DNA of 64,000 bases from Scyliorhinus canicula (GCF_902713615.1 NC_052146.1:310140335-310204334); one strand, 5' to 3'; counted from the first letter of the stretch, positions 37,830-49,640 are shown. Notes: generated from the letters alone by a model not told the origin. Numbers and translations: made by a program.

Positions 37830-39600
37830 TCTTTGCTGAAATCTAAACTGCTTCCAATCCTCAGACTTATTATTTTTCTTGGCTAATCTGTATGCTTCTT
37901 CCTTCGGATACTATTTCTAATTTCTTTTCTAAGCCATGGATTGGCCCTCTTACCCATTTTGCTTTAGTGCCAAGAATGAACAGTTGCTGTAGTACCACCA
38001 TGTGTTCCTTGAATGTTTGCCATTGTCTATCCACTGCCATCCTTTTAAGTAACTCTCACCAATCTATCAAGGCTAACTCACACTTCATATCTCAAGCCTC
38101 ATACATGTGCCCACTCACTCAGCCTGTCCAAATCCCGTTGAAGCATCTCTGTATCCCTCTCACAGCTCACTCTCCCACCCCCCCCCCCCCAACTTTGGGG
38201 ATGATACATTTAGTTCCCTTATCCAAATCATTAATATATAATGTGAACATTTCGGGTCCGGCTAGTCACTACTGCCAATCAAAAAAAGGCCCATTTATGC
38301 CAACTTTTTGCTTCCTGTCTGCTAACCAGCTTTCTATTCATCTGTAGACACATTAACTTTACATATTAATCTGCTATGTGACACCTTGTTGAAAGCCTTC
38401 CAAAAGTCTAAATAAACCACATCCACTGGTTCTCCCTGGGAAACTCATACTCGTTACATCTTCAAAGAATTCCAGCAGATTTGTAAGGCATGATTTTCCA
38501 TGCTGACTTTATGTGATTACACCACTACTTTCCAAATACTGTGCTATGAAATCCTTGATAATGGACTCTAGCAACTTGCCTCCTCTCGACGTTAGGGTCA
38601 CTGGTCAATGCTTCTCTGTTTTCTCTCGACCTCCTTTTTTAATATCGAGGTTACATTAGCCACCCTCTAATCTGTAGGAACCATTCCAGAGTCCAAATAA
38701 CTTTGAAAAATGACCTCCAATGGATAATAATAACCTATTATTGTCACACGGATGAAGTTACTGTGAAAAGCCCCTAGTCGCCACTTTCCGGCGCCTGCTC
38801 AGGTAAGGTGGTATGGGAATTGAACCCACGCTGCTGGCCTTGTGCTGAATCACAAACCAGCTATCTAGCCCACTGAGCTAAACCAGCGCTGCGGATCCAG
38901 CGGATCTACTCTTTCTGGGGCCATTTCTTCAAGTACTCTGGGATGACGATTTTCGGACCTTGGAGATTTGTCTGCCTTCAATCCCATTAATTTCCCCAAA
39001 ACCATTTCTTTACAAGGACGAATTTCTTTCAGCTCCTCATTAAATTTGTGTTTCTCAGAACCTCTGGGGCATTATTCATGTCTTCCTTTGTGAAGACAGA
39101 AGCAAAGTACAAATTTAGTTCCTCAGCCATTTCTTGGTTCCCTGTTATGAATTCCCCAGTTTCTCACTATTAGGGACCAACATTAGTTTTTATCAATCTT
39201 TTTCTCTTTACATACCTATAGCAACTTTTACAATTAGTTTTTATGGTCCCCACGAGTTTACTTTCAAATTGTATTTCCCCCTTCTTAATCCATCCCTTGG
39301 TGAGCCTTTGCTGAATTTTAAACTTTTCCCAATCCTCAGGTCTATTGTTTTTTCTTGCTAATTTGAATGTCTCTTCTTCGAAACTAATACTATCCTGAAT
39401 GAGGCTCATGCCTTCTACCATCATAGTTACCTTTAATGAGGTTCAGGACACTGGTCTCAGAATCAATTACCTTATTATACACCTTGACAAAGAATTCCTA
39501 CATGTTATGGTCACTCTTCCACAAGGGCTCTCTCACAACTAGATTGCCAACTAATCCTTTCTCAATGCACAACACCCAGTCCAAAAAAGGTCGCTTCAGC
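37830..39600 (-). mobile_element. Degenerate CR1 ORF2 fragments with a SINE at 38733-38888
   Basis: Minus-strand RT-region remnants (e.g. KSCYRYVKRKRLIKTNVGP). Confidence 0.75.
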
Positions 39601-40117
39601 AGAGAGGTGCTGAGTGTAACAGGAGTGACGCAGCACTATGCTAGGTAGGATTTGTTAGTTACATTCCGTATAAGCCTCCCTGAACAGGCGCCGGAATGTG
39701 TAGACTGTGGGCTTTTCACAGTAACTCCGTTAGAAGCCTAACTGTGATAATAAGCGATTTTTATTTCTTTTTTCATTTCATTTTTTCAACATCTCGAGTG
39801 AACTGAGGTCCATCTCGTTCATGTCTCTCTTTGTCAATCGATTTTGAGGCCGACATGATTTCCCGTTGGCGTGATGCACGATAGGAAGGCCTGATGGGAT
39901 ATTGACGAGCTACTGATGAATTGAGTATTCATGAGATGCAAATGAATGCGAATTGCAATCACACCACCAGGCAGCAGGATAACTGAGCTGCCATTAATCC
40001 GCCTTTCGGAGAATTACAAACTTTTTTATACCCGTGGGTTTCCGGCTTTTCCTCTCCTGCTGGATTCTCTGCTCCCTCCCATCACCAAACTCTCCACAGT
40101 TGGGATGGGAGAGGGAT

Positions 40118-40404
40118 CATAGAATCCCTACAGTGCAGAAGGAGGCCATTCGGCCCATCGGAGTCTGCAGTGACAGAGCACTGCACCCAGGCTCACTACC
40201 CCGTCCTATCCCCGTCCTATCCCGGTAACCCCGCACATGGCCAAGCCACCTAACCTGCACATCTCTGGGCTGTGGGAGGAACCCGGAGCTCCCGGAGGAA
40301 ACCCACACAGACACGGGGAGAATGTACAAACTGCATCGTCAACTGAGGCCGGAATTGAACCCGGGTCCCTGGCGGAATCAGACAGCAGTGCTAACCACTG
40401 TGCC
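40118..40404 (-). mobile_element. HE1-type SINE
   Basis: tRNA-like head plus catagaatccctacagtgcagaaggaggccattcggcccatcg tail. Confidence 0.88.
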
Positions 40405-41276
40405 ATTCGTTACACCTTCCTGAGAGATCCACTGTCTCACTCACTACCTGAGCTGTATTTCCCTCGGTTTGCCTCTCCTGGGACCCCCACTGGCTCCGTG
40501 CCCTTTACCAATATTAAAACTGTCAGTTGGAGGGACAGGGTTTGGCTCCCTCAGATTTATTTCCAGTCTCTCTCAGTTACCCCCACTCCCATGCCCACCG
40601 TGTTGCAGTGGCAGCTGGTAAAGATCCCAGTCCCTGAGGAATGGAGGGATAGAGACGCCATTCCTCCCAATCTGACCCCCCGGACCCTAACCTGTGGAGA
40701 GGCCTCAGTTTTCACAAACCCAATAGGCTGTGATTCTGTTGATCCGTGGGGTGGTCCTGTCCCTTTAAATGTCTGACTGTCTGTTCGAATGTTGCAGACA
40801 CTTCCCATTCTAATTCCCAAACCTGCTTCCTATTGTGAGAAACACTCTCCCACTATTGGTTCAGTAAAGATAGCTCCAATCTCCATGGACTGCAGCAGTT
40901 CAAGAAGGCAGCTCACCACCGCCTCCTTCAGGGCAATTAGGGATGGGTAATAAAAGCTGGCCTAGCCAGCGACACCCACATCCCAGGAATTCATTTAGAC
41001 ACTAACTGGGAGAGGTCAGTGTGTTTGAGAGAGCTGTTCCACAGTGTGAGAACAATATTGCATTTCACAATTATATCAACACATCTGTACTGCTGAGATC
41101 AGCACAGAGTAACCCCCAGGATAGAAATCATTAACAAACTAACACAACTAGATCAGTCTCAGAAGCTGTTTCCTCTCTTTAACACAGAACTTCTACTGCC
41201 TGGACTGTCCCTTTAAATACTCACAGGAAACTTTCAGCTCAGAATTGAACTCACTGATTTTGTTTTTCTCTGAAAG

Positions 41277-41621
41277 GTGCGAATGCTCCAGTCCTTATCC
41301 AGTCTCCGAGTGTGGAACATGTCACAGAGGGTCAGACTGCACGGTTACAGTGCACCATGCAGAACGCCACAGTGAGATACACCAATGTTCACTGGAACCG
41401 GGAGCGGCCAGGGAAACAGAGGGAGTGGATTTTATTGTATCGTACACAGAATGGCACAGAGCGGTATTCAGGTTTGTCTGAGCGTTTCCTGCCTTCCAGA
41501 GACATCGACTCCAACAGCTTCATCCTGACAATCAGCAACGTGCAGCCCAGTGACACTGCCGTCTATTACTGCTCAGTGTGGCTATTGATCAATGGGAATG
41601 GAAGCCGGCTGAATGTAACCA
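41277..41621 (+). CDS. V-set Ig exon V1 with germline-joined J-like G strand: (G)ANAPVLIQSPSVEHVTEGQTARLQCTMQNATVRYTNVHWNRERPGKQREWILLYRTQNGTERYSGLSERFLPSRDIDSNSFILTISNVQPSDTAVYYCSVWLLINGNGSRLNVT
   Basis: Acceptor ttttgtttttctctgaaag|, donor ACCA|GTAAGT, 345 bp, phase 1-1. Canonical B-strand Cys, C-strand Trp, LTISNVQPSDTAVYYC and GxG motif; no heptamer/nonamer after YYC. Confidence 0.95.
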
Positions 41622-41792
41622 GTAAGTAGAGTTTTCATTCCAATTACCCACAGCAATAACCTCTTCCAGATGAGCGAATTGGAGATGAGTTTGTGATGAT
41701 GAAGAGCTAGGAGGTGATGTAAAGTGATCTTACTGATGGGTTCACTGTGGGGAAGAAGCTGAGCTCAGCTTCAGCAATTCCCCAAAGTTCCA

Positions 41793-42081
41793 CATAGAAT
41801 TTACATAGAATTCACAGTGCAGAAGGAGGCCATTCGGCCCATCGAGTCTGCACCGGCTCTTGGAAAGAGTACCCTACCCAAGGTCAACAACTCCACCCTA
41901 TCCCCATAACCCAGTAACCCCACCCAACACTAAGGGCACTTTTGGACACTAAGGGCAATTTTTCATGGCCAATCCACCTAACCTGCACATCTTTGGACTG
42001 TGGGAGGAAACCGGAGCACCCGGAATCGAACCTGGGACCCTGGAGCTGTGAAGCGATTGTGCTATCCACAATGCTAACGTG
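41793..42081 (-). mobile_element. HE1-type SINE
   Basis: Same head and tail as the other copies. Confidence 0.88.
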
Positions 42082-42809
42082 CATCTCTGGCTTTATCCTG
42101 AGGGGGTGTCTGGGGAGGTTAGTGCCGTCTGGCTGTTTACTGAGCTGCACAGAAACTTTGTCTTAGCCGAGTCCGAATGTTATACAGACATTTGGAGAGA
42201 GTGGGAAGAACATTGGGATCAATGGAGGAGGTGGAGAGACTGATCTGAGTGATGGTGAAGATGGGAATGTTGACCAGGTTTCTGAGGGTGAAATGAGGAT
42301 GAGGAGGGAGCCAGGGATGGTTCCCTGGGGACACAGCAGAGACGATCATTCAGACACTGGAGGAGAAATCCTTTGGTGCTGATATAATGTGGATGATGTG
42401 AGCAGCAGGAGTGGGACAGTGAGAGAGCAGTGCCAGGGGCTGGAATGTGGATCAGAGACTTTTAAACAGGAACCTGTGCTCAGTGGTGTTAAACAGAGTG
42501 GAGAGGTGAAAGATTCTGAGGAGGGATAGACAGTGGCCATCACATTCACACAGATATCAGTTATGATGTTGATCAGTGGAGTGCCAGTGTTGTGGGTGAG
42601 AGTGAAGACTGATTGCAGGATCAGGAGCTGGCAGTGGGCAGGAGGTGGCTCCCAATTGCAAGCAGCAAGAGTCAGTCGAATGGATGGTTTGATTGTGGAG
42701 ACAAAGAAATGGCTCGGTTGCTGAGAATGTGTGTGTGAAATGAGCATGGATTGTGTGGGGAGGAGACTTCACATCAGGAGTGATGACTCTGACCAATAGG
42801 GATCCCCAG

Positions 42810-44080
42810 ATCCCTCAGCCTGTCAATACTCTTCAGGATTCTGCCTTTTACTCTTTATTTCTCAACTATATCAGACCTTCCAAAATGCAATACCTCACAT
42901 TGATCTGGATTACACTCCATCTGCCATCTCTCTGTCCAAGTCTCCAAACGATCTCCATCCTGCTGTATCCTCTGACAATCCTCATCGATATCCACAATTC
43001 CACCAACAGTTGTGTCATCTGCAAACTTACTAATCAGACCAGTTACATTTTCCTCCAAATCATTTCTATGTACTCCAAACAGCAAATAACCTTCTATTCA
43101 GAAAAACACCCTTCCACTGCTCCCCTCTGTCTTCTGTGACTGAGCCACTTCTGTACCCATCTTGCCAGCTCACCTCTGATCTGACGCGACGTGACCTACT
43201 GTCCCAGTCTGCGATTAGGGAACCTGTCAATGGTCTTACTGAAGTCCAAGTAGACAGCTTCCACTGCCCTCCCTTAACCAATCATCTTCATTTATTCCTT
43301 AAAAAATCTGAATCAAGTTAGTGAAACACAACCTCCCCTTCACAAAACCATGCTGCCTCGCTGATACGTCCACTTGCTTCCAACTGGGAGTGAATCCTCT
43401 CCAATAATTCCCCTACCATTCACGAATGGTTCAACGGTCTATAATTTCCTGGATTATCCTGTTGCCCTTCTTAAACAAAGGAGCAAAATTGGCTATACTC
43501 CAGTCCTCTGGGACATCACCTGTAGCCTGTGAGAATACATTGACTTCAGTCAAGGCCCCAGCAATTTCTCCGTTGCCTCCCTCAGTATTCTGGGGTAAGT
43601 CTCATTCGGTCCTGGGGACGTATCGACCGTAATGTTTTTCAAGGTGCCCATCACCTCCTCCCTCCGTTTTGATCTCAATGTGACTCTGACTATCTGCACA
43701 ACCTTCCCCAGTCTCATCATGCACCAAGTCCTTGTCTTTGATGAATGCTGATGAACTCATTCAGGACCCCGCCCATTGACCTTTGCTCCATTCAGAGAGC
43801 ATATCCGGACAAAAAGCCTTGAATCTTCCTTGAAACCTGTTTGTCAGTGACTCCTTTAAACCCTCCTGACTCCTTTTTTAAGTTCCTTCCTACTTTCCTT
43901 CTATTCCTCACTGGCTTTGTCTGTTCTCAGTCTTCTCGCCCTTACAATTGCTTCCTTCTCCATTTGCACTAGGCTCACAATTTCCAGGGTTCCCGAAACT
44001 TGCCATCCGTATGTTTCTTCCTCACAGGAACATGCCGAAACCAATCCTGAATTCCTATTAACTGACATTTTAAATCCTCC
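42810..44080 (-). mobile_element. CR1 LINE fragments
   Basis: LISKFADDTTVGGIVDIDEDCQRIQQD...WQMECNPDQCEVLHFG. Confidence 0.85.
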
Positions 44081-44443
44081 TGTGGTATTATCATATCTGT
44101 AAGAACTGCAAGAGTTTATGAAGTGTCTCGAGTCGCCACTAGAGGGAGCTACGGTTACAACTATTTCAGGCAGTAGTGCTGAGCCTTGTGGGATTGTGTA
44201 CAGGAGTTAGCTAGAGAGAGTCAGAAGTACAGATAGTGTAAGGGAGAGTAGATCATAGTTCATATCAATAGTGAGATTAGCTGTAGATGAGTGTGTTTAA
44301 ATGTTATTCATCAACTGTTTACGTGTCGAATACAAGTTACTATTGTGAATAAATTTACAGCTTTGTTTAAGTTCAAGCTATTTTGTGGTTTTTGTGAACA
44401 ATACGCCAACCATCCTGAAATCAGCAACACAAAGAACATCACA
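44081..44443 (+). mobile_element. Solo LTR (TGTGGT...CA)
   Basis: TG/CA termini and an internal AATAAA near 44349; TSD imperfect. Confidence 0.7.
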
Positions 44444-44490
44444 GCCTCCCTCATGCCAGATGTTGATTAACCTGCAAACATCTGCCCCAA

Positions 44491-45330
44491 GGGGGGCACG
44501 GTAGCACATTGATTAGCACTGTTGCTTAACAGTGCCTGGGACCCAGATTTGATTCCCCGCTTGGGTCACTGTCTGTGCGGAGTCTGCACGTTCTCCCTAC
44601 CCCTACTTGGGTTTCCTCCGGGTGCTCCAGTTTCCTTGCAAAATTCCAGAAATACGTCCCTCGGAATTCTCCCTCGGTTTACCCGAACAGGTGCCGTAGT
44701 GGCGAGGATTTTCACAGTAACTTAATAGCTGTGTGACACTAATAAAGGTTATTATTATCTAGATTCTTCAGTTCCTACTAATATTGTTATAATTAGCCTT
44801 CACCCCGAGCACTAGTCTCACATTTATCCAACAGTACCTCAAAACCAACTGAATTATGGTCACTCTTCCCGAAATTCTCCCTTCTGAAACTTTGACCACC
44901 TGAGCGGCTCATTCCCCAATACCAGGTCCGGTACGGCACATTCCTGAGTTGGACTATCTACATTTTGTTTCATGAAGCCCTCCTGGATGCTTCTTACAAA
45001 CTCTGCCCCATCCAAACCCCTCGCACAAAGTGAGTCCCAGTCCATACAGGGGAGGTCCCAGTCCATATAGGGGAAGTTAAAATCACGCACAGAACAACCC
45101 TGTTGCTTTTACACCTTTCCAAAATCTGCCAACATATCTGCTCCTCTATCTCCCGCTGGCTACTGGGAGGCCTGTAGTAAACCCCCAACATTGTAAGTGC
45201 ACCCTTCCTATTCCTCAGCTCTACCCATATTGCCGCACTGTATGAGCCCTCTGAGGGGTCCTCCTGCAGTACAGCTGTGATATTCTCAGTAGTGCCACTC
45301 CCACCCCTTTTCCATCCCCATCCATCTGGT
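44491..45330. mobile_element. HE1 head and SINE tail (44491-44757), then a CR1 endonuclease fragment on the - strand
   Basis: ggggggcacggtagcac head; LGVYYRPPSSQREIEEQIC on the - strand. Confidence 0.8.
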
Positions 45331-46754
45331 CTGGAATATCAGTGAGGGCCGTGGCTGAGAGCCTCGGCAGCATGTCCCAGACACAGGTGGCCCTTTTCCA
45401 GGTGCTGTGGACCATGTCCCAGTCTCAGGTGGGCATTGCTGAGGCACTCCAGGGCATGTTCAATTCACAGAGACAGGTGGGCATTGCTGAGGCACTCCAG
45501 GGCATGTTCTATTCACAGAGACAGGTGGGCATTGCTGAGGCATTGCAGAGAATGGCCCGCTCACAGAGGGGCATCGCTCAGGGCATCGACACCATGGTGC
45601 ACACAGTGGGGAGCTGCCAGGTCTGGCAGAGCCAGAGGACGCAGGGGAATCCGGAGCTCAATCCAGCTGCCCCTCTGTCCTGAGGTGAAGCGGGCGAGGA
45701 TTAGGGTCTCCCTGGTCCTTTGGGCATGCTGGACCCTCACCACCACCGACTGTGCTCCATCTCGTGTGGGTCCTCCCCGGGCCCGTTCTCCAGCCCCTCC
45801 TGTTCCAGCGCCTCCTCTTCAGAGGTGGCCGTATGATACGTCTCTACCTCCAACACGTCAACCCGCTTCTATGCCAGGATGTGGAGGGCACAGCAGACCA
45901 CCCCAAAGCAGACAACTCTCCGGGTCGTGTACTGCAGGGCACCACCAGAGCGGCCGATGAATGGGAACAGCATTTTCAGCAGTCCGATGCCCCGCTCAAT
46001 GACAGCCCGGGTGGCCACATGGGCCTCGTTATATCAGGTCTCTGCCTCGGTCTCCGGCCTCCGCACTGGCGGCATTAGCCAGGCCCTCAGCGGCTACCCC
46101 TTATGCCCCAACGGCCAGCCCTTCACCCTGGGGTGTCCTTCGAAGATGTTGGGGATCTCTGACTGTCCCAGGATGCAGCTGTCGTGCACACTCCCGGGGA
46201 AGTGTGCACACACGAGCACGATCTCCATGTGGTGGTCACACACAGGTTGGAGGTTCAGGGAGTGGAATCCCTTTCTGTTGATGAAGGGAACTCCGTGATG
46301 CCCCGGTGCGAGCCAGTCGCCGTGCGTGTGATCTATTACCCCCTGGATCTGGAGTATCCCAGCCATAGCGGAGAATCCTACCTCCCGGGCATCCTGTTGG
46401 GCCTCGTCCAGGTTGAAGTTTATATAGTTAGCTGCCCGGGAAAACCGGACATTCGTGACTTCACAGGTTCACTTGCGGGCTGTCGGTTGGGAAATGCCTC
46501 ACAGGTCCCCGCTTGAACCCTGGAACGATCCTGAGGTCGGCTGCGGTGACCTTGACGGGAACCAGGAGCAGGTATCCTCCTCCTCCACATGATGCCATGT
46601 CCGCGGGGCGCCAAAGGCCGTTCGCGTCAGTCAGCGGGGCGCCAACCACTCCGGCGCAGGCCTAGCCCCTAAAGGTGCGGAGAATTCCGTAGTGGTTCTC
46701 GCCACTCCGGTACACCGGGACCCCCGCCCCGCCAGGTAGGGGAGAATCCCGGCC
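45331..46754 (-). mobile_element. Harbinger/PIF DNA transposon remnant (HARBI1-like DDE transposase, frameshifted; convergent second-ORF remnant with 42-bp repeats)
   Basis: IQGVIDHTH...FINRKGFHSLNLQPVCD...AHFPGSVHDSCIL matches the Harbinger transposase signature (GAIDCTH, NRKG.HS.N.Q..CD, PGS.HD). Right TIR GGAGAATCCCGGCC at 46741-46754; left end lost. Confidence 0.88.
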
Positions 46755-46838
46755 ATCGAGAGGGTTTTTAACACAAGATATAAAGAACAACACACAACGG
46801 AGTCCGGGTTTCACTGAGCATTTCCATCCTTCCCGAGA
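46755..46838 (+). pseudogene. Fragment of a third V exon (FR2-CDR2-FR3), paralog of V2
   Basis: Matches V2 47091-47173 except for 4 substitutions and a 1-bp T insertion; directly abuts the Harbinger TIR. Confidence 0.92.
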
Positions 46839-46947
46839 ATCAATCAGCCCATCGGTTCAGTCTTAGAATCTGATTCTCTCTTTTTAACACAAAACACTTT
46901 GGAACCTTCTCACTGGTGTTTAACTTGTTAATATTTTTCTCTGAAAG

Positions 46948-47292
46948 GTGCGAATGCTCCAGTCCTTATCCAGTCTCCGAGTCTGGAACGTGTCACAGAG
47001 GGTCAGACTGCACGGTTACAATGCACCATGCAGAACGCCGCAGTGACACACACCGATGTTCACTGGAACCGGGAGCTGCCAGGGAAAGATATGGAGAGGG
47101 TTTTAACACATGCTATAAAGAACAACACACAACGGAGTCCGGGTTTCACTGAGCGTTTCCATCCTTCCCGAGACACGTCCAATAAAACCTTCATCCTGAC
47201 AATCAGCAACGTGCAGCCCAATGACACTGCCGTCTATTACTGCTCCGTGTGGGGAGATATCAGTGGGAATGGATCACAGCTGAATGTAACCA
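46948..47292 (+). CDS. V-set Ig exon V2 with germline-joined J-like G strand: (G)ANAPVLIQSPSLERVTEGQTARLQCTMQNAAVTHTDVHWNRELPGKDMERVLTHAIKNNTQRSPGFTERFHPSRDTSNKTFILTISNVQPNDTAVYYCSVWGDISGNGSQLNVT
   Basis: Acceptor atatttttctctgaaag|, donor ACCA|GTAAGC, 345 bp, phase 1-1; 82/115 aa identical to V1 by manual alignment. Confidence 0.95.
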
Positions 47293-47574
47293 GTAAGCAC
47301 AGTTTCCATAACAATATCCTGAAGTAATCACCACTTACTCATGACTGTATCGGAGGTATGTAAGTGATAAATATCACAATCCCCGATGGTAAAGAGAACA
47401 CATTAGAAAATCGACTGTGTGAACTCATGTGGTCTTACTCACAGAAAGATTCTGTCTTCCAAAACTTAAATACATTGATGTTTCTCTGTTTCTCTCCATC
47501 TCTTTGTTTCTATCTTTCTCCCTCTCCTTTGTTTACTCAGGTTTTTATCAATGTGGTGCCTCGAGCTGTTTGTT

Positions 47575-48710
47575 TCATATTCATATTTGGTGGGCATTAT
47601 TGGCAATGTGCCATCCCAAACTGCCCTGGAGAAGGTGGTGGGAGTTGACTTCTCGCATGCCATGTGGTGTAGGTACACCCGCAGTGCTGTTAGGGAGGGA
47701 CTTCCAGGATTTTGACCCAGCGACAGTGAAGGAATGATTTTATATTTCCCAGTTGGGATGGTGTGTGACCTGAGGGGGGAGCTTGTAGGTGGTGGTATTC
47801 CTGTGCATTTGCTAACCTTGGGAGTGATTCTCCGAAACCTGGAGAAATCGTGAGGCTGGCGTCAAAATCGGGCGGGTTTGACACCAGCCTCCCCCCCCCC
47901 CCCCCGACCGGGAACCGATTCTGGTCCCCGGTCGGGGCTAGCATGCCGCGGCCGTGAACTCCGGCATCGCGGGCTTAACAAATTTCGTTAAGCCCGCTAG
48001 CCAGAGTTTGCGACGGGTGACGCGTCACATGACGTCAGCCGCGCATGAGCGGATTGGAAGACTCCAACCCGCGCATGCGCGGATGACATCATCGCGCATT
48101 TGCACGAAACCCGTGCATGCGCGGGCCGGGATGCCCCTCAGTCGCCCCGTGAATGGATACAGCGGGGCGGCGGAATGACAAAGAGTGCGCGGGGTAAGTA
48201 CCCGCTGCCCGCGATCGGTGGGCACCGATCGCGGGCCCATGGCACCCTTGGCACGGCCGTGGTACTGCCGTGCCAATCGGTGCCATGGTTCCCAAGATCG
48301 CAACTTTACGGCCGTTTTTACGAACGGTCAGACCAGGTGTGTTTGACGTTCCTAAAAATGGTCGTAAAGGGCTTGGACTTCGGCCCATCGGCCAGCTGAG
48401 AATCGCTGCTCGCCGTAAAAAAACGGCGGGCAGCGATTCGTGTTGGGAGGCGGGCGTGGGGGGGGTGGGGAGAATAGCGGGAGGGCGTCAGACCAGCGTG
48501 GCCGTAAAAATTTATGACCCCCGCTATTTTCCGCACCGTGGTGAGTGCGGAGAATCGCCCCCCTTGTTCTTCAAGGTGGTAGACATTGTGGCTTTGGAAG
48601 GTGCTGTGGAAGGAGTATTTGTGAGTTGATGCAGTGTATCTTGTAGATGGTACACACGGCTGCTCCTGTGTATCGGTGGTGGACGGAGCGAATGTTTAAT
48701 GTGGTGAATA
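47575..48710 (-). mobile_element. LINE 3' fragment interrupted by a Harbinger-type MITE (47820-48562)
   Basis: ggtgtaggtacacccgcagtgctgttagggagggacttccaggattttgacccagcg; MITE TIRs GGGAGTGATTCTCC / GGAGAATCGCCCCC. Confidence 0.8.
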
Positions 48711-48835
48711 GGGGGCCAAGCTACTTGGTTGCTATGGCCATGAGCAGAAGTTTCTGGAAGTTAATCTATGTTCAATGTATATTTATTGCAAATTATGTAT
48801 TCATCCTTCAAATGTTGTTCATTGCTTGTATATCC

Positions 48836-49016
48836 GCTGGGATTTACCGGATGTTCATGCCGGCGGGAATTCCAGTCCCATGATGGTGCACAAGCTTCCC
48901 GGTGACAACAGGTGCTGTCAATGGGAAATCCTGTTGACAATGGTGGGAACGGTACATCCCGCTGTCGAGCTGCCCGCCTGCCAAAAACATGCGGCGGAGT
49001 GGTCGGTAAATCCCAT
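48836..49016. mobile_element. Short MITE
   Basis: TIRs GCTGGGATTTACC / GGTAAATCCCATC. Confidence 0.65.
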
Positions 49017-49299
49017 CCATCATATCTTTACCAAATTGTCTCTCATCCCTGGATAGATTGTTCACATTTAAGACCTGGACAAAATCACTTTAAAACTCAA
49101 TATATCATTCTATTGTGTTATGATCACTCTTTCCCAGAAACCCCTTTACTATAACACTATGAAGTAACACTTCCTCTTTGTGCAATACTAGGTCAAATAA
49201 AGATTGTTCCCAACTTCGTTCCTGAACACATGGAACTAGAAAACTACCTTACATGTATTACATTGGAGCTTAGTATGAATAGGTAGCATTAGTCTATAA

Positions 49300-49640
49300 G
49301 GGTGACATGGTGGCACAGTGTTCAGCACTGCGGCCTCCCAGCGCCAGTGACCCGGGTTCAACTCAGACCTCAGGTGAAAGTCTGTGTGGAGTTTACACGT
49401 TCTCCCGTGTCTGCGTGGGTTCTCTCCGGGTCCTCCCATTTTCTCAAAGTCCAAAGTTGTGCAGGGTAGGTGGATTGGCCATGATAAATTGACCCTTAGT
49501 GTCCAAAAGGTTTGGTTAGGTTGTTGGGTCAATGGGGTAGGATCAATTGTGGCTTGGGTAGGGGTGCCTTTTCCAAGGGCCGGATGCAGACTCAATGGGC
49601 CGAATGCCCTCCTGTCCACACTGTAAATTCTAAGATTCTA
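49300..49640 (+). mobile_element. HE1-type SINE
   Basis: Head gggtgacatggtggcacagtg; HER1-like tail. Confidence 0.88.

Noticed and set aside
39936-39943. Octamer ATGCAAAT 1.3 kb upstream of V1
   Set aside because: It lies in a MITE-like repeat fragment and no leader exon follows it.
45331-46754. Transposase beside V exons as a RAG-like recombinase
   Set aside because: The motifs are Harbinger/PIF, not Transib/RAG; it is frameshifted and its TIRs do not resemble RSS.
41277-47292. Interpretation as rearranging TCR-gamma, TAILV, NAR-TCR or IgL V segments
   Set aside because: Only one leader was found for both, there is no RSS, the G strand and splice donor are already present, and a TM exon without a C domain follows.
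47275-47330. Heptamer-like CACAGCT (in the G strand) and CACAGTT (just after the V2 donor)
   Set aside because: No nonamer at 12 or 23 bp, not conserved in V1, and wrong position for a V RSS.
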